The translations under genes were made by a program, and so were the position numbers. The notes beneath the pieces were generated by a model. That model was not told the DNA's origin and ran no database searches. It saw only the letters and a program-made list of their open reading frames with translations. Of a DNA stretch of 24,574 nucleotides, positions 13,406 through 21,955 are shown piece after piece (within the stretch, counting starts at the first letter, position 1; the number at the start of each line of letters is the position of its first letter). The DNA is from a virus (taxonomy: Duplodnaviria > Caudoviricetes). The stretch covers positions 1-24,574 of IMG/VR virus record IMGVR_UViG_3300032330_001059, one strand, 5' to 3'.

Positions 13406-13883
13406 TTATCACCCCCATTACCTTGTTATAACTGTCGATACACGCATTCAGTTGCGCTGTGTTTCTGTCGCCTTGGGCGATGATTTCGGCAATGGCTGCG
13501 AGGGTTGCTCTGTCGGAGTCAGAAGTTTCATAAACCTGTCTGACAGGTTCACTTCTCTCTTTTGGGCTATCTCCGCTGGGAGTGGGGGCATTTGCGGGGG
13601 CTTGTACACAACTTGTGGACGGGAGCCGCAACCTACCAGCACGAATAGCAGAATCAAGAGAAGACTGTTTTTGAGTGATGACATTGTTGGCCTCCGAAAG
13701 TTTGGTTGATTGTTCATTTAATTGTTGGGCAAGTTCACGCTCTTTCTCTCTTGCTTCATCATTCTTTTTGGCAATCTCGACTTGCATCTCAGCATCCCTA
13801 TCACCCCATCCAACATGATGCCCATAGCCGTAAGCACCGCCCACAGCAATCATGGCCCCAATGATGAAGTATGGGTTAAGCAT
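13395..13883 (-). CDS. Rz: Inner-membrane spanin (Rz-like)
   Basis: N-terminal TM, coiled coil, GRLRL, GDRNTAQLNACIDSY; GAGGTG SD. Confidence 0.85.
   Translation of the reverse strand: MLNPYFIIGAMIAVGGAYGYGHHVGWGDRDAEMQVEIAKKNDEAREKERELAQQLNEQSTKLSEANNVITQKQSSLDSAIRAGRLRLPSTSCVQAPANAPTPSGDSPKERSEPVRQVYETSDSDRATLAAIAEIIAQGDRNTAQLNACIDSYNKVMGVINGK
13448..13684 (-). CDS. Rz1: Outer-membrane spanin lipoprotein (Rz1-like), embedded in Rz
   Basis: ATG 13684 with GGAGG SD; signal peptide with lipobox LVGC; Pro-rich mature part; fully nested in an alternate frame of Rz. Confidence 0.85.
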   Translation of the reverse strand: MSSLKNSLLLILLFVLVGCGSRPQVVYKPPQMPPLPAEIAQKREVNLSDRFMKLLTPTEQPSQPLPKSSPKATETQRN

Positions 13884-14364
13884 TCTTCACCTCTTGCCGA
13901 GCAAGGGCGATTTCTTCCCGCACAGAATCGGCTTCTAAATGTTGGGGTGGGGTGGTGGGGGGAGGTGGGGGAGTCCAGCTTTCATCTAAAGGTGGATTAA
14001 CCCAAGCAGGTAAAGCACCAGAGGGAGAAGTCCAGGTGGAGGTTGCAGGAGGGGCAGGAGGGGCAGGAACAGGCGTAGGAGGCGCTGAAGTTGCAGGTGT
14101 AGGCGTTGGGCTATTTACAGTCCCTACAGCCCGTTTGCCAACAATCCCACCGATACCGCCAACAATGAGAAGAACAATGTCGTTTAGCATCTTGGTATAG
14201 GCTTGATCGATGGGAGCCATGCTCTTGATAGGCTGAGTTACAAAAGTAACCGAATAAAGCAATGAGAACACGATGCCAAACAAAATGATGGTAATCATCA
14301 CCACCACAAAGCCCCAAATACGAACTTCTAGGTCTTCAGGAGAGTATTTACTTTTTGTCATCAT
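13876..14364 (-). CDS. Two-TM membrane protein with Pro-rich tail (holin-like)
   Basis: TMs IWGFVVVMITIILFGIVFSLLYSV and IVLLIVGGIGGIVG; long P/T/A-rich C-terminus; located in the lysis cassette. Confidence 0.7.
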   Translation of the reverse strand: MMTKSKYSPEDLEVRIWGFVVVMITIILFGIVFSLLYSVTFVTQPIKSMAPIDQAYTKMLNDIVLLIVGGIGGIVGKRAVGTVNSPTPTPATSAPPTPVPAPPAPPATSTWTSPSGALPAWVNPPLDESWTPPPPPTTPPQHLEADSVREEIALARQEVKNA

Positions 14365-14596
14365 CGGCCTTCTTTTCTTCAACCTTTGGTGGGTCAATTT
14401 TCGTGGTCAAGATAGGTGCTACAAGATATTCAGGACAGGTTTGGGTGAACAAGCATCTGGGCTTTTGGCACTCAGGAAGGTCAAATTTATCAGGATTCTG
14501 GCAAACATAGCGGTATCTGTCTTCACATCCACTCAGCAAAAGAACCACCGCAATGGATACAACAATCACGCCCCACAGAAACCTATTTTGATTCAT
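14348..14596 (-). CDS. Cys-rich lipoprotein
   Basis: Signal peptide with lipobox LSGC, then EDRYRYVCQNP...CQKPRCLFTQTCPEYL. Confidence 0.8.
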   Translation of the reverse strand: MNQNRFLWGVIVVSIAVVLLLSGCEDRYRYVCQNPDKFDLPECQKPRCLFTQTCPEYLVAPILTTKIDPPKVEEKKADDDKK

Positions 14597-14900
14597 TGCG
14601 TTGCCTATCCAGTTGTTGACGCTCGTACTCTAACTGTTGGCGCAGTCTTTCCATGCGCTCAATCTGCATTTTGCTTTCCTTTTGTGCAGCCAATGTGTCA
14701 TAGTAAATGCTTCCCAACAGCGGAAGCAGTAGGACAAAGACCAGCACCATAGCAACTAATGCGACTAGAAACCCCATCTTACCTTTCGATCCATCACTAG
14801 AAGGCTGAAGAACAGGACTAGGTAGAGGACGAACACCAAACAGGCTACCACGTAGATTGCCTTGTCCTGGATTGCGCTTATTACCTTTCTGCGTTGCCAT
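14583..14900 (-). CDS. Single-TM coiled-coil membrane protein
   Basis: GAGAGG SD; TM GFLVALVAMVLVFVLLLPLLG followed by a charged coiled coil. Confidence 0.7.
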   Translation of the reverse strand: MATQKGNKRNPGQGNLRGSLFGVRPLPSPVLQPSSDGSKGKMGFLVALVAMVLVFVLLLPLLGSIYYDTLAAQKESKMQIERMERLRQQLEYERQQLDRQRNESK

Positions 14901-15466
14901 TCAGCCTCTCGTTGTTTCTTTTCTTGAGCCAACCTTGCTTCTTCTTGTTCAGCAATGATGATGACCCGCATCTGGTTCACCCTGGTGTACAAGTTACCCA
15001 ACTCTGGGGGTGACTGATACACCATAATCTCACGAATCTCTTTGGCTAACTTCTCAAACTGGGTCTTGGCAAGTTCCCTGTTTAGCGCCGACTCCATGAT
15101 GTTCTGGCTTGGGTCATAAACAGTTTTAGACTTCTCTTCTTCTTCTCGAATGTGGTCTGCAAGCTGTTGCTGAACCCTGAAGAACTGCGACAGATTTGCC
15201 GCCAAGTCAGAGACAACCTTGTTCTCATCCCAAACCTCTGGTTCAGCTTTCTTTGCCTTGGGAGCAACAACAGGGACTGTGGGTTGAGGCTTTTTCTTCT
15301 TGAAGAACCCAAAGAAGCCACCCACTTCTTCAGCAATAGCCGTGACCTCTTTAACAGTCTTTTGGGCTGCGGCAACAGTTCCCTTGACCTCTTTATAGAG
15401 TTCACAGCCTTTGCGAATAGCTGCGACACAGCCATTTGCCATTGCCAGAAGGGTGAGAGGATCAAT
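14765..15466 (-). CDS. Coiled-coil protein with C-terminal TM; probable ATT start
   Basis: ORF 14765..15442 extends in frame to ATT GAT CCT CTC ACC CTT CTG GCA ATG, 6 nt after TAAGGAG. Confidence 0.8.
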   Translation of the reverse strand: MDPLTLLAMANGCVAAIRKGCELYKEVKGTVAAAQKTVKEVTAIAEEVGGFFGFFKKKKPQPTVPVVAPKAKKAEPEVWDENKVVSDLAANLSQFFRVQQQLADHIREEEEKSKTVYDPSQNIMESALNRELAKTQFEKLAKEIREIMVYQSPPELGNLYTRVNQMRVIIIAEQEEARLAQEKKQREAEWQRRKVISAIQDKAIYVVACLVFVLYLVLFFSLLVMDRKVRWGF

Positions 15467-15476
15467 CTTATGCTCC

Positions 15477-17651
15477 TTATTCGGCAGGAGCTAGTTGTTG
15501 CTCTTGCTGTTGTCTTTCTGCCAATTTTTTCATCAACTCCGCTTCTATTTCTTCTCTTGAAAAAGGCTGGTTTTCCATAACGGGTTCAGTAGGAGTAATT
15601 GATGGCTCAGTCGCAATTGTTGGCGCTTCTATGCTCATTTGTGGCCCAGCACGCATTACTTGTGCCCCAATAAATTTAGGAATAGCCGTAGATTGAGTCA
15701 TGCTCGTTAAAGCATCCAATGTCTTCTGTGATCTTGGGGTTAAAGAACCAGCCCTTAGAAACTGTGCGCCTTCTGGAGTTAACAAAGCCTTCATAGCCAG
15801 ATCATCACTTAATCCACTTTTACCAACCATGTTTAACAAATCAAGCCCAACTTGAGCTGTTTTTGCCATTTCGTATCCTGCACCAGCGCCAACAGTAGCT
15901 GCCACACTAGACTTTAAGCCTTGCGGAACAGTATCTGCTCCTTCAGGAACAACGCCGACTTGCATTTTTCTAGAAAATATTGCTGCATCTTTCATGCGTT
16001 TGCCAAACTCATCCACATTTGTTCCAAGCGATTGAACAAGGGCATCCTTAGAGTTTTTAGGCAAACTTTCCCAGTTTGATGCTAATGTTCCCAGGTCAAC
16101 TGACAAAACTCCAGCACGATTTTCTTTTTTGGCTGAATTGATAAAGTCATCGTAAACATTCTTGTCAATAAATTTCAATGCTTCTGCATCAGTATCTTCT
16201 ACATATCGTCTAAATAAACCACGATTGTATAAGTCAAGATTTTTGTATTCTCCATACAACTTGTCAAAAGAAACCTCAGACAAAGACTTGTCTTTTAAGA
16301 AACTAGGAATTCCTTGAGCAATAGCATCGTTGTAAGCCTCAGATGCTTTTTGAACCTTATTCCTAGCTGTAATCAACAGGTTTGTAGTGGCAATATCATC
16401 AGGAGTTTTTGCTAAAAGCCTTGATGCTCTTAAATCATCTTTAAGACCGCCAAAGATGGCAGAACTAATTACTTTCTGGTCTGTCAAAGAAATGTCCTTA
16501 ATCAAAGACTCTCCTTGTGCAGCTTTTCTTCCAAACTCAGATAGCAACGATTGTGTTTGCTCAACAGTTAATCTGTTTGTTTGAGGCATTCCTTCAGCAA
16601 TTAACCGCCTTGTTTCTCCAACTGAAATTTCAGGACTTGCTAATTTTTGTTTAAAGTTTTCCAAAAAAGTAACAGCATTTTTAGAGCTGTCATTTGCTCC
16701 TTTTCTGTATCTGTCTAATAACCTTTCAACATTAGAAAACATATTTTCTGTACTTACTACTCCTCGACCACCACCATATTCTTTTGCTTTTTCAAAGGCA
16801 GTAGAGCCAGCCGTTTTTTGTTCTTCAAATAGCTTCAATATTTTGTTTTGAACAGCTTGTGTTGCGCTAATTGCGGCTTGTCTTTCATCTGTTATTTTTG
16901 AAACAGGCTGCATCCCTTCCAATGCTGATTGGGTTGCACCTTGCTCAAGTTTTGAAAACAGTTCTGCATATTTTGGATTAACACGCAATCTTTGAATTAA
17001 ACTAGCAATTTCAGGGTCATCAGAACCCTGTCCAAGAACCATGAAGTTCTTAAATTTGTTTTCTAACTCAGGTGGAATGTCTTTGACAAAATCTTTGACC
17101 GCTTTATTTTCGGAATAAGCCTTTGCTCCCAATACGCCGCCTTTAACCAAATATGGAGATGCTTGTATGGCAATTTGTGCCAACGGGCTTTCTGGAGCAA
17201 TTGTTTGAGCTAAAAGTCCAGTTGATCCACCTGCAACAAACTCACCAGTTAAGCCTTTTCCAGTTCTGGAAAAAAGCCCAGGCAATCCAACTGCACTTGT
17301 CAATGCCGCAGGAGCGCCAGCCGCACCAAATTCATAAGCGCCACGATATCCTGGTATTGTTCGTACATCAATGCCACTAATATCTTTTATGCCCTTTGAT
17401 ATTCCAGCAGTAGAGAAAGCATTTGGGTCTTTGCTCTTTTTGAGGTAATCATACAAATTACCATAGCCACCAATAATATCAATTACACCCCTTGCACTAC
17501 CTTTAAGTAAAGACTCTGTTATTTTTTTAACCGCCTGGAGAGTGGTTTCCTCTTGCTTTGGCTCAAGCACAGATTGATAGCCAAGATTGACAACGCCTTC
17601 TCTACGAGCAATTTCTGCTTGTATTTCCTCTTTTGTAAATTTTTCAGCCAT
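15477..17651 (-). CDS. Internal virion / DNA-ejection protein (724 aa)
   Basis: Third of three large helical, Gly/Ala-rich ORFs after the tail genes; positional analogy to P22 gp7/gp20/gp16 and T7 gp14-16. Confidence 0.65.
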   Translation of the reverse strand: MAEKFTKEEIQAEIARREGVVNLGYQSVLEPKQEETTLQAVKKITESLLKGSARGVIDIIGGYGNLYDYLKKSKDPNAFSTAGISKGIKDISGIDVRTIPGYRGAYEFGAAGAPAALTSAVGLPGLFSRTGKGLTGEFVAGGSTGLLAQTIAPESPLAQIAIQASPYLVKGGVLGAKAYSENKAVKDFVKDIPPELENKFKNFMVLGQGSDDPEIASLIQRLRVNPKYAELFSKLEQGATQSALEGMQPVSKITDERQAAISATQAVQNKILKLFEEQKTAGSTAFEKAKEYGGGRGVVSTENMFSNVERLLDRYRKGANDSSKNAVTFLENFKQKLASPEISVGETRRLIAEGMPQTNRLTVEQTQSLLSEFGRKAAQGESLIKDISLTDQKVISSAIFGGLKDDLRASRLLAKTPDDIATTNLLITARNKVQKASEAYNDAIAQGIPSFLKDKSLSEVSFDKLYGEYKNLDLYNRGLFRRYVEDTDAEALKFIDKNVYDDFINSAKKENRAGVLSVDLGTLASNWESLPKNSKDALVQSLGTNVDEFGKRMKDAAIFSRKMQVGVVPEGADTVPQGLKSSVAATVGAGAGYEMAKTAQVGLDLLNMVGKSGLSDDLAMKALLTPEGAQFLRAGSLTPRSQKTLDALTSMTQSTAIPKFIGAQVMRAGPQMSIEAPTIATEPSITPTEPVMENQPFSREEIEAELMKKLAERQQQEQQLAPAE

Positions 17652-17654
17652 AAC

Positions 17655-19043
17655 TTACCTCGATGGTTTAGCGTTTTTAAGCATATCTTGCAATTGTTCT
17701 ATGCTCATTCCTTGTAAAGCACTAGAGCGAGATGGTGATTGTCCTGAAAAAATAGGAATTTTTGGAACATATCCTCTCAGGCCATTATTTTTTGGGTCTC
17801 TTGCATAGGTTTCCAATCTGGATGCTTCTTGAACAATTAATTGATTTTTTTCAACCATAAATTCAATAAGTTGTTTACGAGCTTGTGGACTGTTTTCAAG
17901 TTGAGGGACAAGGCTTCGTATAAATTCCACATCTTTATTTGAAACCTGACCACCAAGTTTTCCATTGAGCGTTGCTAAAACAAGATCACCAGCAGTCTTT
18001 TGATAATTTACTGAATCAGCAAGAGTTTTATCATCTTTTTCACCTGTCAATCCAATAGTTTTAAGAAAATTTGTTGCTCCAACACGACCAGCGGCAAATG
18101 ATCCGCTAATCAAAGCATTTTGATCCAATTGATTTAGTGTATTTAATGAGTTCAAGGCAGCAATAGAACTATCTTTCATAGTCATTGCATTGTCTACTCT
18201 ATCAGCATCTTTTGCGCCAAGACGCTTTTTAAATTCATTCTCTCCAGAATCTACTTGAACTTTTGTAGTTGCCGTTGTTCTGTCAACACCACCAAAATAA
18301 GGAACACGCATCTGTTTACCATCTGCGCCTTTTTGGTAGATGTATTGCTGGTCATTGTTTACATCAAGGTAAACAGGTTCTCTACTTCCCATTGCAACAC
18401 CAACTTCTTTTACATTTCCAACCTTTGGTTCTTTTGTTGTTAGTCGCTGTAATTCTGATCTATATTTTTCAATATATTGGGGTGATCCAACAGGAAACTC
18501 AGCACCAGCAATTGCAGCAGCATTTCTCATCTCTCCAGATGTTGATTCTGGTTTTGTTGTCAATTCAGTCAATTTATCTTGATATGCTCTATTGAACTCA
18601 GGAGAACCAGGACGACCAACAGATGCCGCAAAAGCCAAAGCATTTCGTTGCTCAGAAGTCATCTTCTCCGCAGTACGCTGTTGCACCAAGGCCAAATCAC
18701 TAGCCGCTTTACGAGCATAGTCAGCCAATGCACTAGCAGTAGCCGTATCGCCCATCTGAGCCGCCATCTGTGATCCACGCATGATGGACTCAGGATCATT
18801 CATATCAATCTGTCGTGCCAAAGCATTGCGTTGGCTAATCAGACGCATCTGAGGGTCTTCTACACCCATTGCAGAGGCAAATGCACCACCAAACTGTTGA
18901 CCAGCCCTGGCAGCACCATAGGATGCTTGCTCAAGAGGAGCCATTTGTGCCAATTGCATAGCCCGTTGACGAGCCATCTGATCCCGCTGTTCTTGGTACA
19001 ACTCAGGAGTCACGCCAAATAAACTTCCAACAATATCTGCCAT
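17655..19043 (-). CDS. Internal virion / DNA-ejection protein (462 aa)
   Basis: Q/A/M-rich helical N-terminus, internal ~39-aa repeat, LGGQVSNKDVEFI motif; position in the ejectosome cluster. Confidence 0.65.
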   Translation of the reverse strand: MADIVGSLFGVTPELYQEQRDQMARQRAMQLAQMAPLEQASYGAARAGQQFGGAFASAMGVEDPQMRLISQRNALARQIDMNDPESIMRGSQMAAQMGDTATASALADYARKAASDLALVQQRTAEKMTSEQRNALAFAASVGRPGSPEFNRAYQDKLTELTTKPESTSGEMRNAAAIAGAEFPVGSPQYIEKYRSELQRLTTKEPKVGNVKEVGVAMGSREPVYLDVNNDQQYIYQKGADGKQMRVPYFGGVDRTTATTKVQVDSGENEFKKRLGAKDADRVDNAMTMKDSSIAALNSLNTLNQLDQNALISGSFAAGRVGATNFLKTIGLTGEKDDKTLADSVNYQKTAGDLVLATLNGKLGGQVSNKDVEFIRSLVPQLENSPQARKQLIEFMVEKNQLIVQEASRLETYARDPKNNGLRGYVPKIPIFSGQSPSRSSALQGMSIEQLQDMLKNAKPSR

Positions 19044-19054
19044 GATTATTTCCT

Positions 19055-21598
19055 TTATGGATTACCGCCAGTTAAAAACGATTGAACTGCCGCTTTAAAT
19101 TGTGGATCATCTGCAAGACTCGTAAACAACGAACTATATGGGTTAACAGATGATGTTGGCAACAAAGTTCTTGCCGCATTAGTTGCCGCAGTAGTAGTTC
19201 TACCACCCAATGCAGTACCAATATCCAATGCTCCACCACCCATTCCCTCAACAGCACCAGCAGTACTCAACAGAGTCTTGAATGGATCATAGGCAGAAGT
19301 CTGACCAGCAGTGTACTTGCCAAGGAACTCACCACCAGCACCAAGCAACCCTTTGCCAAACAGAACACTCTGTTGACCTGCTTGCTGTGCCCCTGCCGCC
19401 AATTGAGCATCTTGTTGAGCCAATGCGTTGTAATAGGCTTCCATCTCAGGAGTAGTTGCACCAAGACCTCTAGCACCACTGGGACGGGCACTGGTTGCAC
19501 CAACAGACAAGCCACCACGACCTTGCTGGAATAATCTATTTTCAAGTTGAGCATACTGACGCTCACGGCTAGGAGCCAACAAGTCTTGTTGCTTTGCCAT
19601 GTAGTCAGAGGCAACTTGCTCTGGTGTTTTAGCCAGATACGATGTGCCCAAGTCAAACAGGCTTGTAGATGCCTTCTTCAGTGGGTCATACAGGTCTGCA
19701 ACCTTCTTTGCCTCATCAAGACTCAAAGTTGCACCAGACATTAACTTGTCTTGGATTGCCTTCAGTTCTGGCGTTAGCGTATAACCAGCAGTGGCAAGAT
19801 TACCTTTGTCATCGTATGTGTAGTCTGTGGCACCAAATCTAGTTGTCACGCCAACAGGCTTGAACTTTTGTGCTTCAGCGGCAGTTTTAGCGGCAGTAGT
19901 TGCAGTGTCTGTTGCCAGCTTAGTGCCAAACAAGCCAACACCACCAGAAATCACACTGGTTGCAGCTTTGGCAAGATTAGGATTATCTTTAAAGAACTTA
20001 ACAACATCTTTAATTGTTAAGCCAGTTCCTTTTGAATAGTCTTCAATGGCTTTTGTAATTTCATTAGAAGTATATGTTCCAGCGATTTCTTGATTTATTT
20101 GATAAATCAATGCCTGTTCTTCTGGAGAATAGTTATATGGAGTTATGTCGTCTAACTCTGTTGCAATTTCATTGCCTTCTTCACCCATGATATTTCCTCC
20201 AGTATTTACAGTAGTTTGTGTGGTGTCTATTTTGGTTGCGTCTGTTCCAACAACATTTGCAACAGTCTGTGCAGGATTTATTACTCCTGAATTTATTGTT
20301 ATTGGTGCAGTTGTTGTTGTGCTAAACCCAGAATTGTCATCAATAATGTCTTTTGTATCAAATGCTGATGCAGTTGTATCTTTTAGAAAGGGAGCCAAGC
20401 TATCTTGCAAGGCTGTCTGACCAGCAGTGACCTGTGCTTGATTGGCAACTGTTACTCCAGAATCTGGAATAAGAGAGTCTAGCTTTATGTTGCCAACACC
20501 TTGCGCTAATGCTTGCTCACCAGTTTTACCAGTAAGCAAGCCAGCAGTAGTTCCAGCAGCCACTTGACCAGCAACAGCAGAGCCAGTTTCTCCAGCAACA
20601 GTACTTCCCGCAAGACCAGCACCACTGCTAGTAATGCCAGCTTTAACAGCATCCTCTGGGTTCTTACCAGCCAAAAGATTGGTTGATGTACTGGTAACAA
20701 AACTCTTTAATGTGCCAGGGTCACCAACAAGATAACTTCCAACAGCACCACCAGCAGCACCAACAACACCAGCTTTCAAGGCATCTTCTGGAGATTTACC
20801 TTGAGCAACCTGTAAGGCGGCATTTGCCAAACCACTTCCAACTGCCGTAGCAGTAGCTACAGAAGTTCCAACAGGAAGAAGTCCAGCACTTAGTAAAGAG
20901 TTCCCAATGCTTGCGCCAACCCCAGGCAATGCAACAGATGCAGCAATGGTAGCAATCAGTGGTGCATTTTGAGAAAGGCTTAAATCTTTGTCTAGTTGGG
21001 CTAGATTTGTAGTGACTGCTTGTTCAACGGGTTGAAATAAACTTGTGGCTGCTCTACTAATAGATGCACTTGGGTCTAAGCTGGCAAAAGCGGCTCCAAT
21101 ATTTCCGCTAAACAAGTTGCTAAAAAAGTCACCACCATCACTTTTCGGATAGACAATACCTTGAATAAATCCTTTATTGTCAATAAAACTTTGGTCAGTG
21201 TTTGATGTCGCCCCGATAGAATATGCTGGCTGACCTTGATATGTAACCATGCCTTGAATAGCCGGTTTCTCTGGGGTTATTTTATAATTTACCGCATTTG
21301 CATTGGTGTATTTGGTTAAATCACTTAGCTTCCAAATATATCCACTTCCGGGGTTTGCATAAACCTTTTTAGCTTTCTCACCAAAATAAGCATCTTTAGG
21401 AAGCGTAATAGATGAGGCCGCTTGCATTACTTTGGGATTTAATGCCCATTCTGGATAAAATTGCTCTCCATTGTCAACATACCCTCTATCTATAAATTCT
21501 TTAGGAGCAAAAGCATAAACTTGGTCATTTGAATCTGTTAATTTAAAAAGAACAGGAGAATCTGTTTGTCCAAATTGTTTGATGGTATATGCTGCCAT
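19055..21598 (-). CDS. Internal virion / DNA-ejection protein with glycine-zipper repeats (847 aa)
   Basis: Repeats GKSPEDALKAG / GKNPEDAVKAG / GKTGEQALAQG; C-terminal Q/A/G-rich region. Confidence 0.65.
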   Translation of the reverse strand: MAAYTIKQFGQTDSPVLFKLTDSNDQVYAFAPKEFIDRGYVDNGEQFYPEWALNPKVMQAASSITLPKDAYFGEKAKKVYANPGSGYIWKLSDLTKYTNANAVNYKITPEKPAIQGMVTYQGQPAYSIGATSNTDQSFIDNKGFIQGIVYPKSDGGDFFSNLFSGNIGAAFASLDPSASISRAATSLFQPVEQAVTTNLAQLDKDLSLSQNAPLIATIAASVALPGVGASIGNSLLSAGLLPVGTSVATATAVGSGLANAALQVAQGKSPEDALKAGVVGAAGGAVGSYLVGDPGTLKSFVTSTSTNLLAGKNPEDAVKAGITSSGAGLAGSTVAGETGSAVAGQVAAGTTAGLLTGKTGEQALAQGVGNIKLDSLIPDSGVTVANQAQVTAGQTALQDSLAPFLKDTTASAFDTKDIIDDNSGFSTTTTAPITINSGVINPAQTVANVVGTDATKIDTTQTTVNTGGNIMGEEGNEIATELDDITPYNYSPEEQALIYQINQEIAGTYTSNEITKAIEDYSKGTGLTIKDVVKFFKDNPNLAKAATSVISGGVGLFGTKLATDTATTAAKTAAEAQKFKPVGVTTRFGATDYTYDDKGNLATAGYTLTPELKAIQDKLMSGATLSLDEAKKVADLYDPLKKASTSLFDLGTSYLAKTPEQVASDYMAKQQDLLAPSRERQYAQLENRLFQQGRGGLSVGATSARPSGARGLGATTPEMEAYYNALAQQDAQLAAGAQQAGQQSVLFGKGLLGAGGEFLGKYTAGQTSAYDPFKTLLSTAGAVEGMGGGALDIGTALGGRTTTAATNAARTLLPTSSVNPYSSLFTSLADDPQFKAAVQSFLTGGNP

Positions 21599-21599
21599 G

Positions 21600-21671
21600 T
21601 CAAACCCCCAATGCCAAAAGAACCTGCAAGCACTTGCAAGTTACATTGAGATTGTTTTGTACTGCGTTCAT
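21600..21671 (-). CDS. Possible 23-aa micro-ORF
   Basis: MNAVQNNLNVTCKCLQVLLALGV; TAATG-coupled to the upstream gene and ends 1 nt before the next ATG. Confidence 0.4.
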   Translation of the reverse strand: MNAVQNNLNVTCKCLQVLLALGV

Positions 21672-21946
21672 TAGACAGTGCCATTAGCCACAATGTTGCC
21701 CAACACAGTCAGGTTGCCAGAACTGTCAATCTTCATTACATCAGTTCCTGAGTGACGAATAAGTAGATTAGACCCACTCTCAACAAAGCTGAAGTTTGTA
21801 AAGGTTCCATCTGCCTTGGTTGCAATGGCAGTCTGAATGTTGGTGAACTCAGTATCAATCTCAGTTCCCTTGACAACCTTGCTTGCATTCCCTGGCGACA
21901 AAGCATCTTTAGCCGCAAAGTTGGTGGTTTTGGTGTAATTTGCCAT
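21671..21946 (-). CDS. Small tail-associated protein (needle/fibre-like)
   Basis: MANYTKTTNFAAKD...EIDTEFTNIQTAIATKAD followed by beta-rich MKIDSSGNLTVLGNI; TAAGGA SD. Confidence 0.7.
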   Translation of the reverse strand: MANYTKTTNFAAKDALSPGNASKVVKGTEIDTEFTNIQTAIATKADGTFTNFSFVESGSNLLIRHSGTDVMKIDSSGNLTVLGNIVANGTV

Positions 21947-21955
21947 GTTTCTTCC

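Noticed and set aside
13940-14110. G-rich repeats as a DNA repeat element
   Set aside because: Explained by proline codons in the membrane protein's tail.
15082-15465. 127-aa TTG ORF as the main gene
   Set aside because: Its L/R/S/K-rich composition is typical of an off-frame read of the coiled-coil gene. Kept only as a caveat in the AUU finding.
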